DNA of 59,360 bases, counting the filler, from Sphacelaria rigidula (lineage: Eukaryota), in the NCBI GenBank assembly GCA_964200075.2. It is 8 parts of 8 records of this genome, joined end to end, with 100 filler letters (N's around TTAATTAATTAA, not from the genome) between each part and the next. Parts side by side here need not be neighbours in the genome. Positions count along the whole stretch, not along the records: positions 1 to 7,333 come from CAXNAA020015399.1; positions 7,434 to 14,766 come from CAXNAA020015400.1; 6 more parts are not named here. One strand, 5' to 3'. The translations under genes were made by a program, and so were the position numbers. The notes beneath the pieces are model-generated. The model searched no databases. It worked only from the letters and a program-made list of their open reading frames with translations, and was not told where the DNA came from. Below, one piece after another: positions 1-11,209 of this stretch (positions are counted from its first letter, which is position 1; every line of letters begins with the position of its first letter).

Positions 1-60
1 GCTCCTCTGTGGGCGCGACCTTACCGGCCCCGCCGGGGGTGGGGGGGGGGGGGGGGGGGG

Positions 61-101
61 ATTCATGATCTTGCATGCTGTAGTCATGAGAATATTGACC
101 T
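61..101 (-). repeat. Dispersed repeat family found at contig ends (AGGTCAAT..TCTCATGACTA..GCATGC..GATCAT)
   Basis: The reverse complement matches 22327-22370 and 44597-44640; all three lie close to a contig start. Confidence 0.75.
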
Positions 102-571
102 CACACCCCTACAGAGACAGGATGGAGCACGCAGGGTTTCCGCCGGACCAGGATCGCAATCACCAAGCGCGAAGCGCCGTCATGTATTAAGCAAGTCGCG
201 TGAGACGTGACCTGCATCCTGCTGAGATTGTTCGACCCGAAGCGTACTGAATATCTGGCATACATAACATTTTCGCGAGATAAGGAACGGATTATTTTCT
301 CGGGCGGAGTTTTTTTTTTTTATGATTTACACCAAGACGGCCGAGTCGTCCAAAACTGCCGTCACACCCCTGAAAGCCCATGATCTGACGGGAATTTCGG
401 CGCAATCGGATTTGAAACCGGCGACGCCTTCCATGAGATACGGCCGAAATTATGCAAGGCTCTTTCTCTTTTTTCCACAAATATTTCTCATAAGGCCGCT
501 CCTAGTGGCGGACGAAAATAGAGATCTGGAAAAGTGCCCTGGAGATTCCACGTCGTTTTCGTCCTCAAAAA

Positions 572-1409
572 AGAGCTAGGCGGATTTCAAAACCTTATGA
601 TGCCTTGCTGTACTCGTTGAGAACGTTCCAGCACCCCCGTGCGTCTTACCGTTGGCTGCAGTTGTTTCTTGGCCAACCTTGCATGGTTCGGACGAATCAT
701 CGCCCCTTCGGATCACCGAATTCACGTTTTTTTAGACCTGGTTGCTCGAAAAAAAAGAGCAAAGTTGACCGCTGATCAGAGAGGTCTCCACGCAATTTTC
801 GTGCCATTCCACGTGCATGAGCTGCGCGTGCCTGGGTTGCAACGCTAAAGACAGAATCTACGGATATATTTATACGGTACGAATCAATTACACTGAGATC
901 AAAAGGAATTTCCGGACGAAGTATTAATTCGTCCGACCCTTACAACCTTGCACTTTTTTTTCTCAGAGACCGTTCATTTTTCTTGGAGACCGGTCGAGAA
1001 CAGACAAATCTCGGAAGCGACACTTACTACGATAGCCCCCCCCCAAAACCAGCCCAAAAGTGTCACGAAAAAAATGGCCATATAGCGCTTGATGTTTGGG
1101 CTCAGGTTGCATGAAGCGCCTCATATTTGCAGAACGAACCCAATCGTGGGAATTCCGAGCTGCTCGTTGTGCTCGGCTTTTCCCATTTCGATTTACGTGA
1201 AAATTTTGCCTCCCAAAACCATGCAGTTTTTTGGGGGGGGCTGTCGTGAGAAGTGTCAAGCTTTTCTAGACTTGACAGTTCTCCAAAAAAAATGAGCGGT
1301 CTCCGAGAAAAATGAGCGGTCTCCGAGAAAAATCAAGCTGTGCTGCAACGGGTTTACACGAGTACGGCAAGGCATTTTCAAGGTCAGGTGTCAAAATCCG
1401 CCTAGCTCT
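572..1409. mobile_element. Non-autonomous TIR element with ~60-bp imperfect inverted ends, hosting a nested MITE
   Basis: AGAGCTAGGCGGATTT...TGCCTTGCTGTACTCG at 572 is inverted at ~1340-1409 (CGAGTACGGCAAGGCA...AAATCCGCCTAGCTCT). The arm resembles the fold-back at 26013-26482. No TSD seen. Confidence 0.6.
1019..1257 (+). mobile_element. MITE family A (TIR GACACTTTCTACGATAGCCCCCC), copy 1, 4-bp TSD AAGC
   Basis: Imperfect terminal inverted repeats with AAGC at 1015-1018 and 1258-1261. Homologous copies at 35509-35761 and 47658-47907. Confidence 0.9.
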
Positions 1410-2446
1410 CGCTGTGCCGTAGATCAGTCAGCCTGGTAACAACACTTCTTGTGAAAATGAAAAAAATGACCGGGCATGCTGCCCCAACACCTTGGGCATG
1501 GGGCTGAGGCGCTGGAACGTGTTTTTCGAGGTGTTCAGCCGGGGTGCAGCGCCGCGCCCCGACGTGAAAAAAGGGTTACCCTTCTCGTTCCAAATGCAGC
1601 AGGGTGTACCCTATTTTGTCTAATGTTTTTTTTTTGTCTTCGGTGACCAAAACATGACCGGTTATTTTCGTGATTTAATTCAATATAACGTCTCTAATCC
1701 ATCTGAGAGGTTTCTGTTGTCTGTACACTGTACCCGGCTTCACAGCTGCTACACAAGTTTGAGGGTGCATAATGAAGAAGCGCAGTCGAGGCGATGTTCC
1801 TGCACCACATGTTCCTCGCGGCCAGGGTAAGATCACTGTGGATCCCGTTGAGGATGTGGTGTTCGATGCCGGCGAACTGTCGTTCGTGCAAGACTGGGTT
1901 GAAGAAGCTGATGGTCAAGAGCCGCCGCCTGTGGAAGAGGAGAGGGGTGTCGGTGTAGGCCAGTCAAGGCAAAACCGTCGGCTTGGAGTTGGCGCCGTGG
2001 TGAAGAAGTATAGCGGTGAAAAGGTGTGTGTCTAGCTCGGCTGTCTCCTATTTTCAGGCTGAGTCGGCCACTGTTTGTCGCTTGGTGGCAGCAACAGGCA
2101 GTCACAGTAATGACATCGCACCTACACTGTTGTGCTGTGCTGGGGACATGCGCGATTATCCAGGCCATGTTCTTGAGGTTTTGAAAACGCTAGAAAGTTT
2201 ATTGAAGAATCTAGAATGTGACAGGTGATGCAAAGTAGTATGTAAACAACACTGGTGAAGTTGGATTTGGGTAGGAGGTGTATGATGGTGCAGGAGACGG
2301 GAAATCCGCTGTCCTTGGGGGGTGGTTTTTACCGTAATGTTGGGGGTGTTATCGACCGTTTCAGTCCATCGCGTGGGTGTGGGTATGACAAATGCTTCAG
2401 TATGATGCAATACGTATATTTCGAAGACTTCCGAAGCTTGAAACAA

Positions 2447-2740
2447 TTTTATATGGCAACCAATCCATATTTGTACAAGTATGGGCATTTCAGCCCGTCT
2501 ACAGCTGATTTTGGCCCCCGATTTGGAGGAGATGCGGGAGTCTCCCGATCCGAGCAGAACGGTGATGAACCAAAAGTCAACGTTCAGAGAATCGTAGAAT
2601 TGGTATGGTTTTCTCACAGTTAGCCGAAAAAAGTTGCCCAATGGACTGGGGTCCGAAAAATCTATTCCCGGAAGCAAATCGGCTGTAGACGAACTGAAAT
2701 GCTCATATTTGTACAAATACGCGTTGGTTGTCACACAAAA
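2447..2740. mobile_element. Fold-back MITE family B, copy with an internally deleted left arm
   Basis: ~60-bp inverted ends (TGGCAACCAATCCATATTTGTACAAG / TTGTACAAATACGCGTTGGTTGTCA); the body matches 56295-56892. Confidence 0.8.
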
Positions 2741-2989
2741 TGGTCTGACACAGATAAGAAAACAACATTCCTTTACCCAGGAACTTGATACACCCTCCCC
2801 CCCTCCACCTGCTCCATTTCGAAAGGGATTCGTGGTCAATGGACAAATGGCCGAAGGCAACCAACAAATGAGAGCGTCCACCCAAACACGATGGGGATCT
2901 TATCTACAGGTTAATCCTGTTACATACGCATTAACTCACGAATGGCGATCCCCCCAAACACGGAGGACGCATATTTTGAATATATTTAT

Positions 2990-3522
2990 CCTATCCTATT
3001 GCTTCATGACCCCTCCCACCTCCCACCCCCTTCCCAGCGAAAAGATCAGTACATCTCCTGAAACAATCTTGGCGAAATGGGGCGTTATCCGACGTGTGAG
3101 CCCTTCGCGGCTGGACACAAATGAATCTGAACACGTGACATGTATCATTGGATTCACGACAACCTAACCTTACTCGCAATACCTTCTTTTTTCAGCGAGA
3201 CTACAGACACCCCGGGGAAGATCGTGTTTCATCCCTTCCGTAAGTACACGCAAGGGTCATAACGTACCGTCCAAGCCTGTTGAATATAAACGGCGATGCC
3301 CCCGAACATGCGAGAGGCATGTGGAATATATTCCCCTTATTCTGCTTGCCTCATGATCCCTCCCGTCCCCCATCCTCTTTCTCGGGGATAATATCAGGAT
3401 ATCCCCTCCCCAAATAATCTCACCCGGAAGGGGATGTTATCCGACATGCGAGCTATTTGCCACCGGATAACAATGAATCTAAATATGTGACAGGAATGAA
3501 CAGAAAACTTTCAACCTAACCT
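2990..3522 (+). repeat. Diverged direct repeat (~180-bp units, ~350-bp period)
   Basis: 2990-3170 and ~3335-3522 share TCATGA..CCTCCC, GTTATCCGAC, AATGAATCT, GTGACA and the terminal CAACCTAACCT. Confidence 0.65.
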
Positions 3523-4335
3523 GGAGGTCGCTAGACTTGGAGATATATCACCCCTTGGAGAGGCGATGTTTTTGCACACCACTGTATGAGCTCCCAAGCC
3601 TCCTAAACGCCAAAACTGTGAACATATCGCAGAACGCCGTGCGGGATTGGTGATGTAGCCTTCCCTGCCGTATAAGGGGGGACACACTTTGCGATGATGA
3701 ACTCTACAGTGTGGCAAGACAAACTTAACCCTCAGACAGCGAGTTGCGCCTCGGAACAGTTTCACAGGCTGACAGTTGAGGGACATCTGGGGGTTTCCAG
3801 TCGGCGAGGGGGTGATTTTTGATCGAGGGTGGGGGCCTGTGCGCATAGCAGCCGAAAAGCTCACCAAGGCAAACACGTGTGTTTGGAAGTTCCCCACAGG
3901 ACATCATAAGCCAGGAACGAGACCCAAGAGAAGCAGAGTGACTATTCTGACCAATCGCAGCGATCAAAATGGTCACTTTGTTCCCCCACAAGTGAACTAA
4001 ATCCCTGTCTCGCCGTTTTTCTCATTTTGGTTACGGCAATTCACCATAGATTACGCAGGCACAAACAACGTGCTTCTTACTCTGCTTGTGGTCTTTATTG
4101 CCTACCTGGTCTCTCATGTGCTGCCAGCATAGCTTCACAGCGTAGTGTCTCTGTTGAATACTAAGCAGAGACATTGGCAACATGCAGTAGACTGTGCTTG
4201 GTGGAGAGCGATGGCAAGCTGACTGTTTCTTGCCGTTGTATCCAGCGGAGACGTACATCACACATCCCGATTGCATGAATTTCACTCAAGGGTTGAAACT
4301 GGTCAGGGGTTCTTTCCGGGAACAATTTCTATCTA

Positions 4336-4932
4336 CGAGCTGGGCCAGCCAAGAATAGGTGTGAATCTCGCTCAGGCGACGCACGGCGCGATATTAAGAG
4401 TTGCACGCTGAAAATTTTACAGCAGCTTTTCATTATCAAAATGCAGAAGATCACGGGATCAGCAAATAAAGAAAGAAAAGAAAAAAGTTATGGGCATTTG
4501 AAATTTCAGCAAAAACAAGATGATGCCGTAAGTCCAGGAAAGAAAAAAAAATCTGCGGCTGGACACGTGAAGTACCAGCTCCACGGGTGCAGAAGGTCTT
4601 CCTGACATTTCAGCTCAAGACTCGTCGAATTGGGCCGTGCATTCAACATTTTCCGTGACGCTGCTGCATCGCTATAAATCAAGTGATGGGAGACTCCAAT
4701 TATGGAGGTCATGAGTTCGAATGCCGACAGATCTCTTTTTTATTTCGTCCGTCGTTGAGGTCATACATTATGCAGTACATTTTTTTCAATTTTTTATTCA
4801 TTGAGCGGCGGTGCCTTGTGTCACCAGGTTGGTCTACACTTCACAGTGATATACTTACATCGGGTTCATTCGGGAAACTGGGGAAGCTGTTATGCGAGCA
4901 AGTTTTAGCAGCTTTTAAGCTGGCCCAGCTCG
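4336..4932. mobile_element. Tc1/mariner-like MITE family C (TIR CGAGCTGGGCCAGC, flanked by TA)
   Basis: Perfect 14-bp TIR with TA on both sides. Related element at 24360-25221 shares the TIR and an internal TTTCAGCAAAAACA motif. Confidence 0.7.
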
Positions 4933-5087
4933 TAGATGCCCAACATCCACTTTTCATCAAGAACGTGTTTCGTGTAGCGATAAAAGAGCTGTTTTGAATC
5001 CCAAGTGTGTCATAGTCCATCTCAGTCCACCTGCGGGGGCGCCGTCTAACGGTTAAATCTCAACGAAAAATCAGATGCTGGTGGATT

Positions 5088-5225
5088 AGGTACGGCCTCA
5101 AATACTCTACCCAATTTTTGGGCGGATCGGGTGCGATTTCAATGCTCTGCCCAAATGTTTGGTTACTAAGAGTATGACTTTTCAAAATACCGAGTTTTGG
5201 GTATACGCTACCCGACCTGCCCTTG
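5088..5225 (+). mobile_element. Orphan right end of the CAAGGGCAGGTCG element family
   Basis: Matches ~40400-40536 and ends in CGACCTGCCCTTG. Confidence 0.6.
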
Positions 5226-7333
5226 GAGTTTAGGAAGTTCCAAAATACATCCACCGCAGGCACACGAGCATTGTCCATATAGTTCAGCGCGGAGTGAGGT
5301 TGATGGGATGGGCTGAACTGGCGTGTGACTGGCAACCCGGTTCACAACGATGATCGAAGCGGCGTCGTACTTCCTCTGTCTCATAAGTCTGGGCACTTAT
5401 GGGCGTTTAATCGTTTGGGTATTTCAACGTTGACGATCATTCTATAGTTGGGTTCGTTCGAGAGGTGGAGCGTAGACGAAGCTAATGGAAAAAAACCGAA
5501 GAAAAAGCTTATTTTCATAACTAAATTCATGTCGAAATATACCCCATTTTGATCCCGTTTGGTCAATTTATACCCAATCATTGACTGACTCTGGGCGTTT
5601 TCACGTGGAGCACTAGCAATTACATGCTAACAAAATTTTGGATGGGGCGTGCGCAGGTCAACATCACGGACATGTCCAAAATCAAGGTGGTTTCGCGATT
5701 TTCATATCTTCTGGCCCATTTTTCGCGATTTTTGGTGTTCCCGGGTCTCTCATGCTTTCCTGGGAAACCGAGCGAAAAATGGACGTTTTTGGATCGGCCT
5801 ACTTTTTTTCGGCCGCGCGGCTGCATGAATCAAGCACCCACGCTGTAGAAAGAGTGTTGGTGTTAGCTAAAAAAAACGCCGGCGAATAAAAATATCGAAA
5901 ATCAAATGTCACACCGTCTAGAATAGATGGGACGACAATACACACGCACACAAAGGTTCGTACAACCAGAAGTGCCCAGACTTGTGAGACAGGAGAATTA
6001 TGACTCATCTTTGTGAGCAGAAATGAGATAAGACGATGATCCCTTCTCATATCCTCCTACACACACGTTCCGAGATTTCGATGCGTTCCGCGCACTGTAG
6101 AGTGTACTAGAAGAAAATAGGTGCGCTCACACGAAGTGGAAGACGAATTCCGGTGTTGGACATACTGCCTTTAGTCAAACCCGAATGCTGACTTCACCGC
6201 AATCCGAGATCCCTAGGTCAAGGGGGATAATATGATGTCCTAGGCAAAGCGTGCGTTTGCAGAGCTCCGACTAGCGCCGATTGCGGCACAAGCGCGTCCC
6301 ACGCACGCTTGGAGACACTTGAGACTAGAAAAGCAGCGAAGCATGGACGTACAAACAATGCAGTTGGCACCAGTTCTGACGCCTCATCAACCACTCGAAC
6401 CGATCCCGACCGAAGTACCAACGTCCCCTAACTTTTCACGCTTGTGCTGTGAGAAACTTATTAAATGGATTGCACTGTGGGAAGCTCAGAAGTCGCAGAT
6501 CGAGAACATCTATATAGTGACTTGAATTTGGCTACTGCCCGAGGCACGGACACCTTTGTGTCATGTGCAGCCTGTAGTTTACCTTAATCCCTTCGCGATC
6601 ACATGCGTGCCGAAGATTTTTTTGCGCTTTCAATATATGGACGTATTTCACCGGCGCTTCCGTCGTGGATACGGAGGACATGACCTACATATACCAACGG
6701 TCAGCTCACATACCACACAACAAATCGCGCGAGGTTCCTTGTTATGGTCATCGACAACGGCTTCACTGGACACTGGATGTCCTCGAGCTGGGGGCAAGTG
6801 AGGTCACCATTTTCAATTCAAACGCTCCCGCAGTGTGTTGTTGGGTCTGCTGATGCCTTTCTCTGTTTTCTCCGTTTTCTGGTGACCATGGATGTAATCT
6901 CTTCAGCAGAATTGACGTTAACTGGTCGACTACTCCCATGGTGGAGCACATGCTTGTTTTAGTGTGCTGTCACGTTCGGATCTCCTGGGGTTCTGACAGT
7001 CCTTGGTGACGCCTGCGCAGGGTGCTGTTTTAGTCTAATCGAATCTCTTGCAACGCATACTTCCCATCGCGTTCATCCCCCTTGACCGAAAATCCTCTGT
7101 ATGCCTTGGGTCGGAGTTAAGGTTGAGGTTAGCTTTCGCCTTTGACAAGAACAATATATGCTGAATCGTGGAATTTCTCGACCAGCCCCTAAACTGCAGC
7201 CGGAAAAAATGTTCTGAGGCGAAGATGGCGGCTAAAGGGATCAGGAGTCGGACAAATAATAATTCGTCTGAAAATTACTTGGTTTTAGAATAATGAGTCA
7301 GCTCGGGACGAATCAATCCCTAGGCTCTATTTC

Positions 7334-7433
7334 NNNNNNNNNNNNNNNNNNNNNNNNNNNNNNNNNNNNNNNNNNNNTTAATTAATTAANNNNNNNNNNN
7401 NNNNNNNNNNNNNNNNNNNNNNNNNNNNNNNNN
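7334..7433. other. Artificial contig spacer N44-TTAATTAATTAA-N44
   Basis: Identical 100-bp spacers also occur at 14767-14866, 22200-22299, 29633-29732, 37065-37164, 44497-44596 and 51929-52028. The intervening segments are 7333 or 7332 bp. Internal 10-N gaps occur at 21846-21855 and 51235-51244. Confidence 0.98.
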
Positions 7434-7910
7434 AAGTCCAGCCAGCACGAGTCAATGTTGAGCACGACGGAAAACACCCACTTTGATCTTTCATCATCCG
7501 GTGGTGCCGTGGATGAGATTTTTTTTCTCGAGCTGATGGGCACAAAGCATATTGTACGATGTAGGCTTTACGGTAAAACGGTAGTACAATGAAGTACCAG
7601 GGTGTTGCAGCAGGCAAGAGTATTCACAATACAGGCCGTGGATTTTGCGAACAGTACAACATTACAAGTGTAGGCTATGCTTCGCAAACACGATACAGCT
7701 GTAGCCTGTACTTGTTATCTTGTACTACTCCATTTCCGAGTAAAGGCTGTGCTCTGCCAGGTTACAAGCACGGGCTGTACTCGCGAGCACAGTAGGTAGC
7801 TGTGCTTTGCCAATGCAGTTCAGTACTATACCGTCTTCACTGTAGGGTTCGAGGTCACATTCAGATGCACGTCCAAGGCAGTGGATGTAGATGAAGAGGA
7901 TATGACTACT

Positions 7911-8028
7911 GACTACTGCCTGCACTACGGTACTACACGTGAAGGCTTCACTTTGTTTACTGTGCATGTGTTACTGCTGTGTACTGCCTGCACTCCGGTA
8001 CTACGCGTGAAGGCTTCACCTTGTTTGA
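7911..8028 (+). repeat. Tandem duplication, ~70-bp period
   Basis: TACTGCCTGCACT.CGGTACTAC.CGTGAAGGCTTCAC occurs twice. Confidence 0.8.
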
Positions 8029-8490
8029 AAACATCCGTGACGGGCAGCTGGTGAAACAAATGTGGGTCCCCGTAGGTGGATATACTTTTTGCGCATTTAT
8101 TCAAGCCTGGGAGTGGTCGGTGTTGAGGTGATTTTGTTCCTCCGGAAAGCTCGCTCCACATCAGTAGATGGACAATCTTATTGCACTAGCGAGTGTCCGC
8201 CCTTTGTCTGTACCACTCGGGAAGCACACGCCCCCGAGCTGCCACCCCCCGTTTACCGTCATTGCGAAGATAAGACAAGAGCACGAACAGCAGCTGTTGT
8301 GGCCGCTACACACCAACTTAACTGTAGTGAATGCGCATGGCGAGTATCCTTTAAAGTGTCGAACTACAGAGGGAGAGTTGAAAGAAGAACATTGCTGGCG
8401 GCTACTTCATGTCAGGGCTCCAGTGCAGAAAGGTCCTCTAGATCTTGTTTGTATGCGGGGGGCTGTCAAGTGCCGTGGACTGTCCGCACG

Positions 8491-8800
8491 AGAAGCAGCA
8501 AGTTAGCAGCAGCAGCAGCAGCAGCAGTATATTCGTTGCCAGTAAATGTACGTGGCTGGGGGTGGGTCTGAATCAACCGGCGCCGATGCTGCTGCCGCTG
8601 CTGCCGCTGCTCTTGATCATAGACGGTCCGCGTTTCGACCGTGCGACAACACCCACGCACCTTACGAGTGATAGCCACCGTGCTGGACAGCGCTGACACA
8701 CACACGAATCGGCACCGGCTGATTTAGACTCACCCCTAGCCCCCAGCCACTTACATCTACTGGCAGTAAAGATGCTGCTGATACTGCTGCTGATGCTTCT
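8491..8800. mobile_element. Hairpin or MITE-like element with ~90-bp inverted arms and (CAG)n/(CTG)n ends
   Basis: TGCCAGTAAATGTACGTGGCTGGGG..TCTGAATCAACCGGCGCCGAT is inverted as ATCGGCACCGGCTGATTTAGA..CCCCAGCCACTTACATCTACTGGCA. Confidence 0.65.
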
Positions 8801-8876
8801 TTTCCTTCTCGTGCGGAACGCGATTAGAACGTCGCGTGATATCTCGTGATGCTGCAGATCATCTGTGTTGTTTTCT

Positions 8877-9060
8877 GTTGAGAGTAGTACTCTGCAGTTC
8901 ATACACCACTGCAGAGTTGTCTGGTCCTGAGTGTACCACCCTGTAGTCAAGATAACGGCATAACTGCCTTGTCCGGTGTTGAAAGTAGTACTCTGCAGTT
9001 CATACACCACTGCAGAGTTGTCTGGTTCTGAGTGTACCACCCTATAGTCAAGATAATGGG
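8877..9060 (+). repeat. Near-identical tandem duplication, ~101-bp period
   Basis: AGTAGTACTCTGCAGTTCATACACCACTGCAGAGTTGTCTGG..TGAGTGTACCACCCT.TAGTCAAGATAA occurs twice. Confidence 0.9.
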
Positions 9061-10269
9061 CTCATCTTTTGAGCAGTTTTCCGAAAGGTTCTGCTGTTTT
9101 TTTAAAAAGGATTCCGAAAAAACGAGAGTGTTTTCTGTCACAGAAATCTATAGCCGAATCTGGAATAGCCTGAGACAACAACCAATTTGAAAATTGAAAT
9201 TACCTGGTTCCGGAAACCAGCTATATCTGCGTTTCTGAAAATAATTTTGGAGACCTGGTTTCTGACACCGCCTATCTGCGTCTTCCATAATCATTATCTG
9301 TGTCTTTCATAATGAATTTTAAGACTGTTTTCTGACACCATTCATCACCTCGATGCGCGGTCTATGGCCATTTTTTCGTGGTAGGTTTATGCCCCGCCCC
9401 CTTGGGGGGGGGGCTACCGCGGCATCACTCTATTATGATAGTAATGGAAGTCATCTAGGAGCAGAAAAGACGCGGACATATCACCACGGGGGTCTCTTGG
9501 CTCGCCGCTCTTTCTCATAAATTATCGTTACGTCGGTGTGGACCAGAAACGTGCCGTTATTACGTCTACTATAAGGGAATGTTTTCAATTACCCCCCGGG
9601 GATTAAAAACACGTATCCCCCGGTCTATATATACGCATACGTTTAGCGCTGGAACTCCTTTTAGCCTTTCAAACACTCAAGACCTTATGTGAGTATTTCC
9701 AGTCATCCTCCGTACACTGCTGTTACTAGCAGCCCCTCTAATACCTCGGGCGTCAGCACCAGCACTTCCCGCTGGAGACATTCTGTGTACCGGCGATGCA
9801 GTAGTTGATGTGCTCCCGCTGTGTTGCTGCTGCTGTGCCGTGTCCTGCGTGCGACTGTGCGCTGAATATATAGCGTTCCCACCCACCTGAGGGCCATTTC
9901 TATATGGGTGCCCTGGAGGCAGACGCAGTCACGGCATTTTTGCTGTTATGGCCAGCCCATGTAATTAGTTACGCGCGATCATGTTTACCCTGTAACGACC
10001 ACCCTTACGCTTTCTTGCAGTCCAATTATTTCCGTCAGGACTAGGCTTTTGTTTCTTGAGCTTTCGCATAATTTGCATAACTTATGCGCATTGTTTTTCG
10101 GTATTCCACACTAAAATCAAGTAATGATGACGCCTCGGCGGGGTTTCCGCTTCAAAATGACTCTCCTTTGAACAAGACACACAGTTGTTTTGAAAAAAAA
10201 CGCATAAGAAACGAAAGTCTAGTCGGAACAGTTCCTATTTTGTGCGCGACAAGTGGTGAATCCAAAAAT

Positions 10270-10973
10270 AAGACTTCAACCCCCCAGAGCCTGGAACTCG
10301 CAAACGACCACATTGCGGGACTTCCCGACTGGTCGTTACTGAAATATGGCGCAAAATGTTCGATTGGAGCTTTTGTGCAGAAGCGGATAGAATTTCCCCA
10401 GACCTGGATTGCGGTTGAAGTATCTTGAAGCCATTTTGGAACATATGTGTTGTGACCGTGTGGGTGAATCATTTGGGAGTTGTCATGTGTAGGAAGCAGC
10501 CAAGATACAAGGACAAGTGCAAGCACGATCAAGAAGTAGTGGGGGTGTGGAGTAAGCTCGAGGTGTGTGAGTTGCGGGATACGGGCGTCGCGACTATCAG
10601 CGAGTAACAGCATCTCGAATCGCTGCCGTAGCTCGTGCGTCCCGAGTGTTTCCTGAAGGTCTTCATTCGCAGCTACGTCACGGCTCTGACAGACATGCCG
10701 TCGTCAGGAGGAGCTCCGGCGGAGACAGGCGGCAACGGAAAATAAAAGGCCGCTGCGCCCGCCTCTGCCCCCGCCTCTGCGCCCGCCTCCCAGCCGGGGT
10801 CGTCCTCCACGATGCTTGCTACCAGAGAGGCTACACACAGTGGCGGTCCTGCGTCGTCGGGGTGGCTCGCCCATGACGGTGGGAATGAGACTTCAACCCT
10901 TGAGAGTCCTGGAGCTCACGAACGACCACATTGCGGGACTTCCCGGCTGGTCGTTACTAAATTATGGCGCGAA
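10270..10973 (+). pseudogene. Decayed coding or TE relic bracketed by an ~85-bp direct repeat
   Basis: 10270-10355 and 10888-10973 both translate as LEL(A/T)NDHIAGLP(D/G)WSLL(K/N)YGA. The intervening protein-like frames are broken by stops. Confidence 0.4.
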
Positions 10974-11209
10974 TATCAATTGCGAGTCAAACAAATAGTA
11001 CAATGAGTGCGAGGTGACTATTCCCCGAGTATCCATTGCTACTTGTTGGTACTTTGGTGTGGGAAAACACGTTGGTTGCGGTTCAGGGCAACGGGTCAAT
11101 CGCAGTACCTCATATTGTTTTTGATTTCGAAAATCGATTACTCTTGTTGAGACGCGTCCCCTCAGTGACCATCGCAATACCCAAGCAACTTCAGCAGCAT
11201 GTACTATAC

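Noticed and set aside
1772..2270. Protein-like frames (VEDVVFDAGELSFVQDW...)
   Set aside because: Interrupted by stops and not assignable to any family I recognise.
2156..2881. 241-aa ORF with similarity to ORFs near 56324-57038
   Set aside because: The similarity comes from fold-back MITE family B, not from a protein family.
7378..7389. Recurring TTAATTAATTAA as a biological motif
   Set aside because: Always centred in N-runs; it is an assembly linker.
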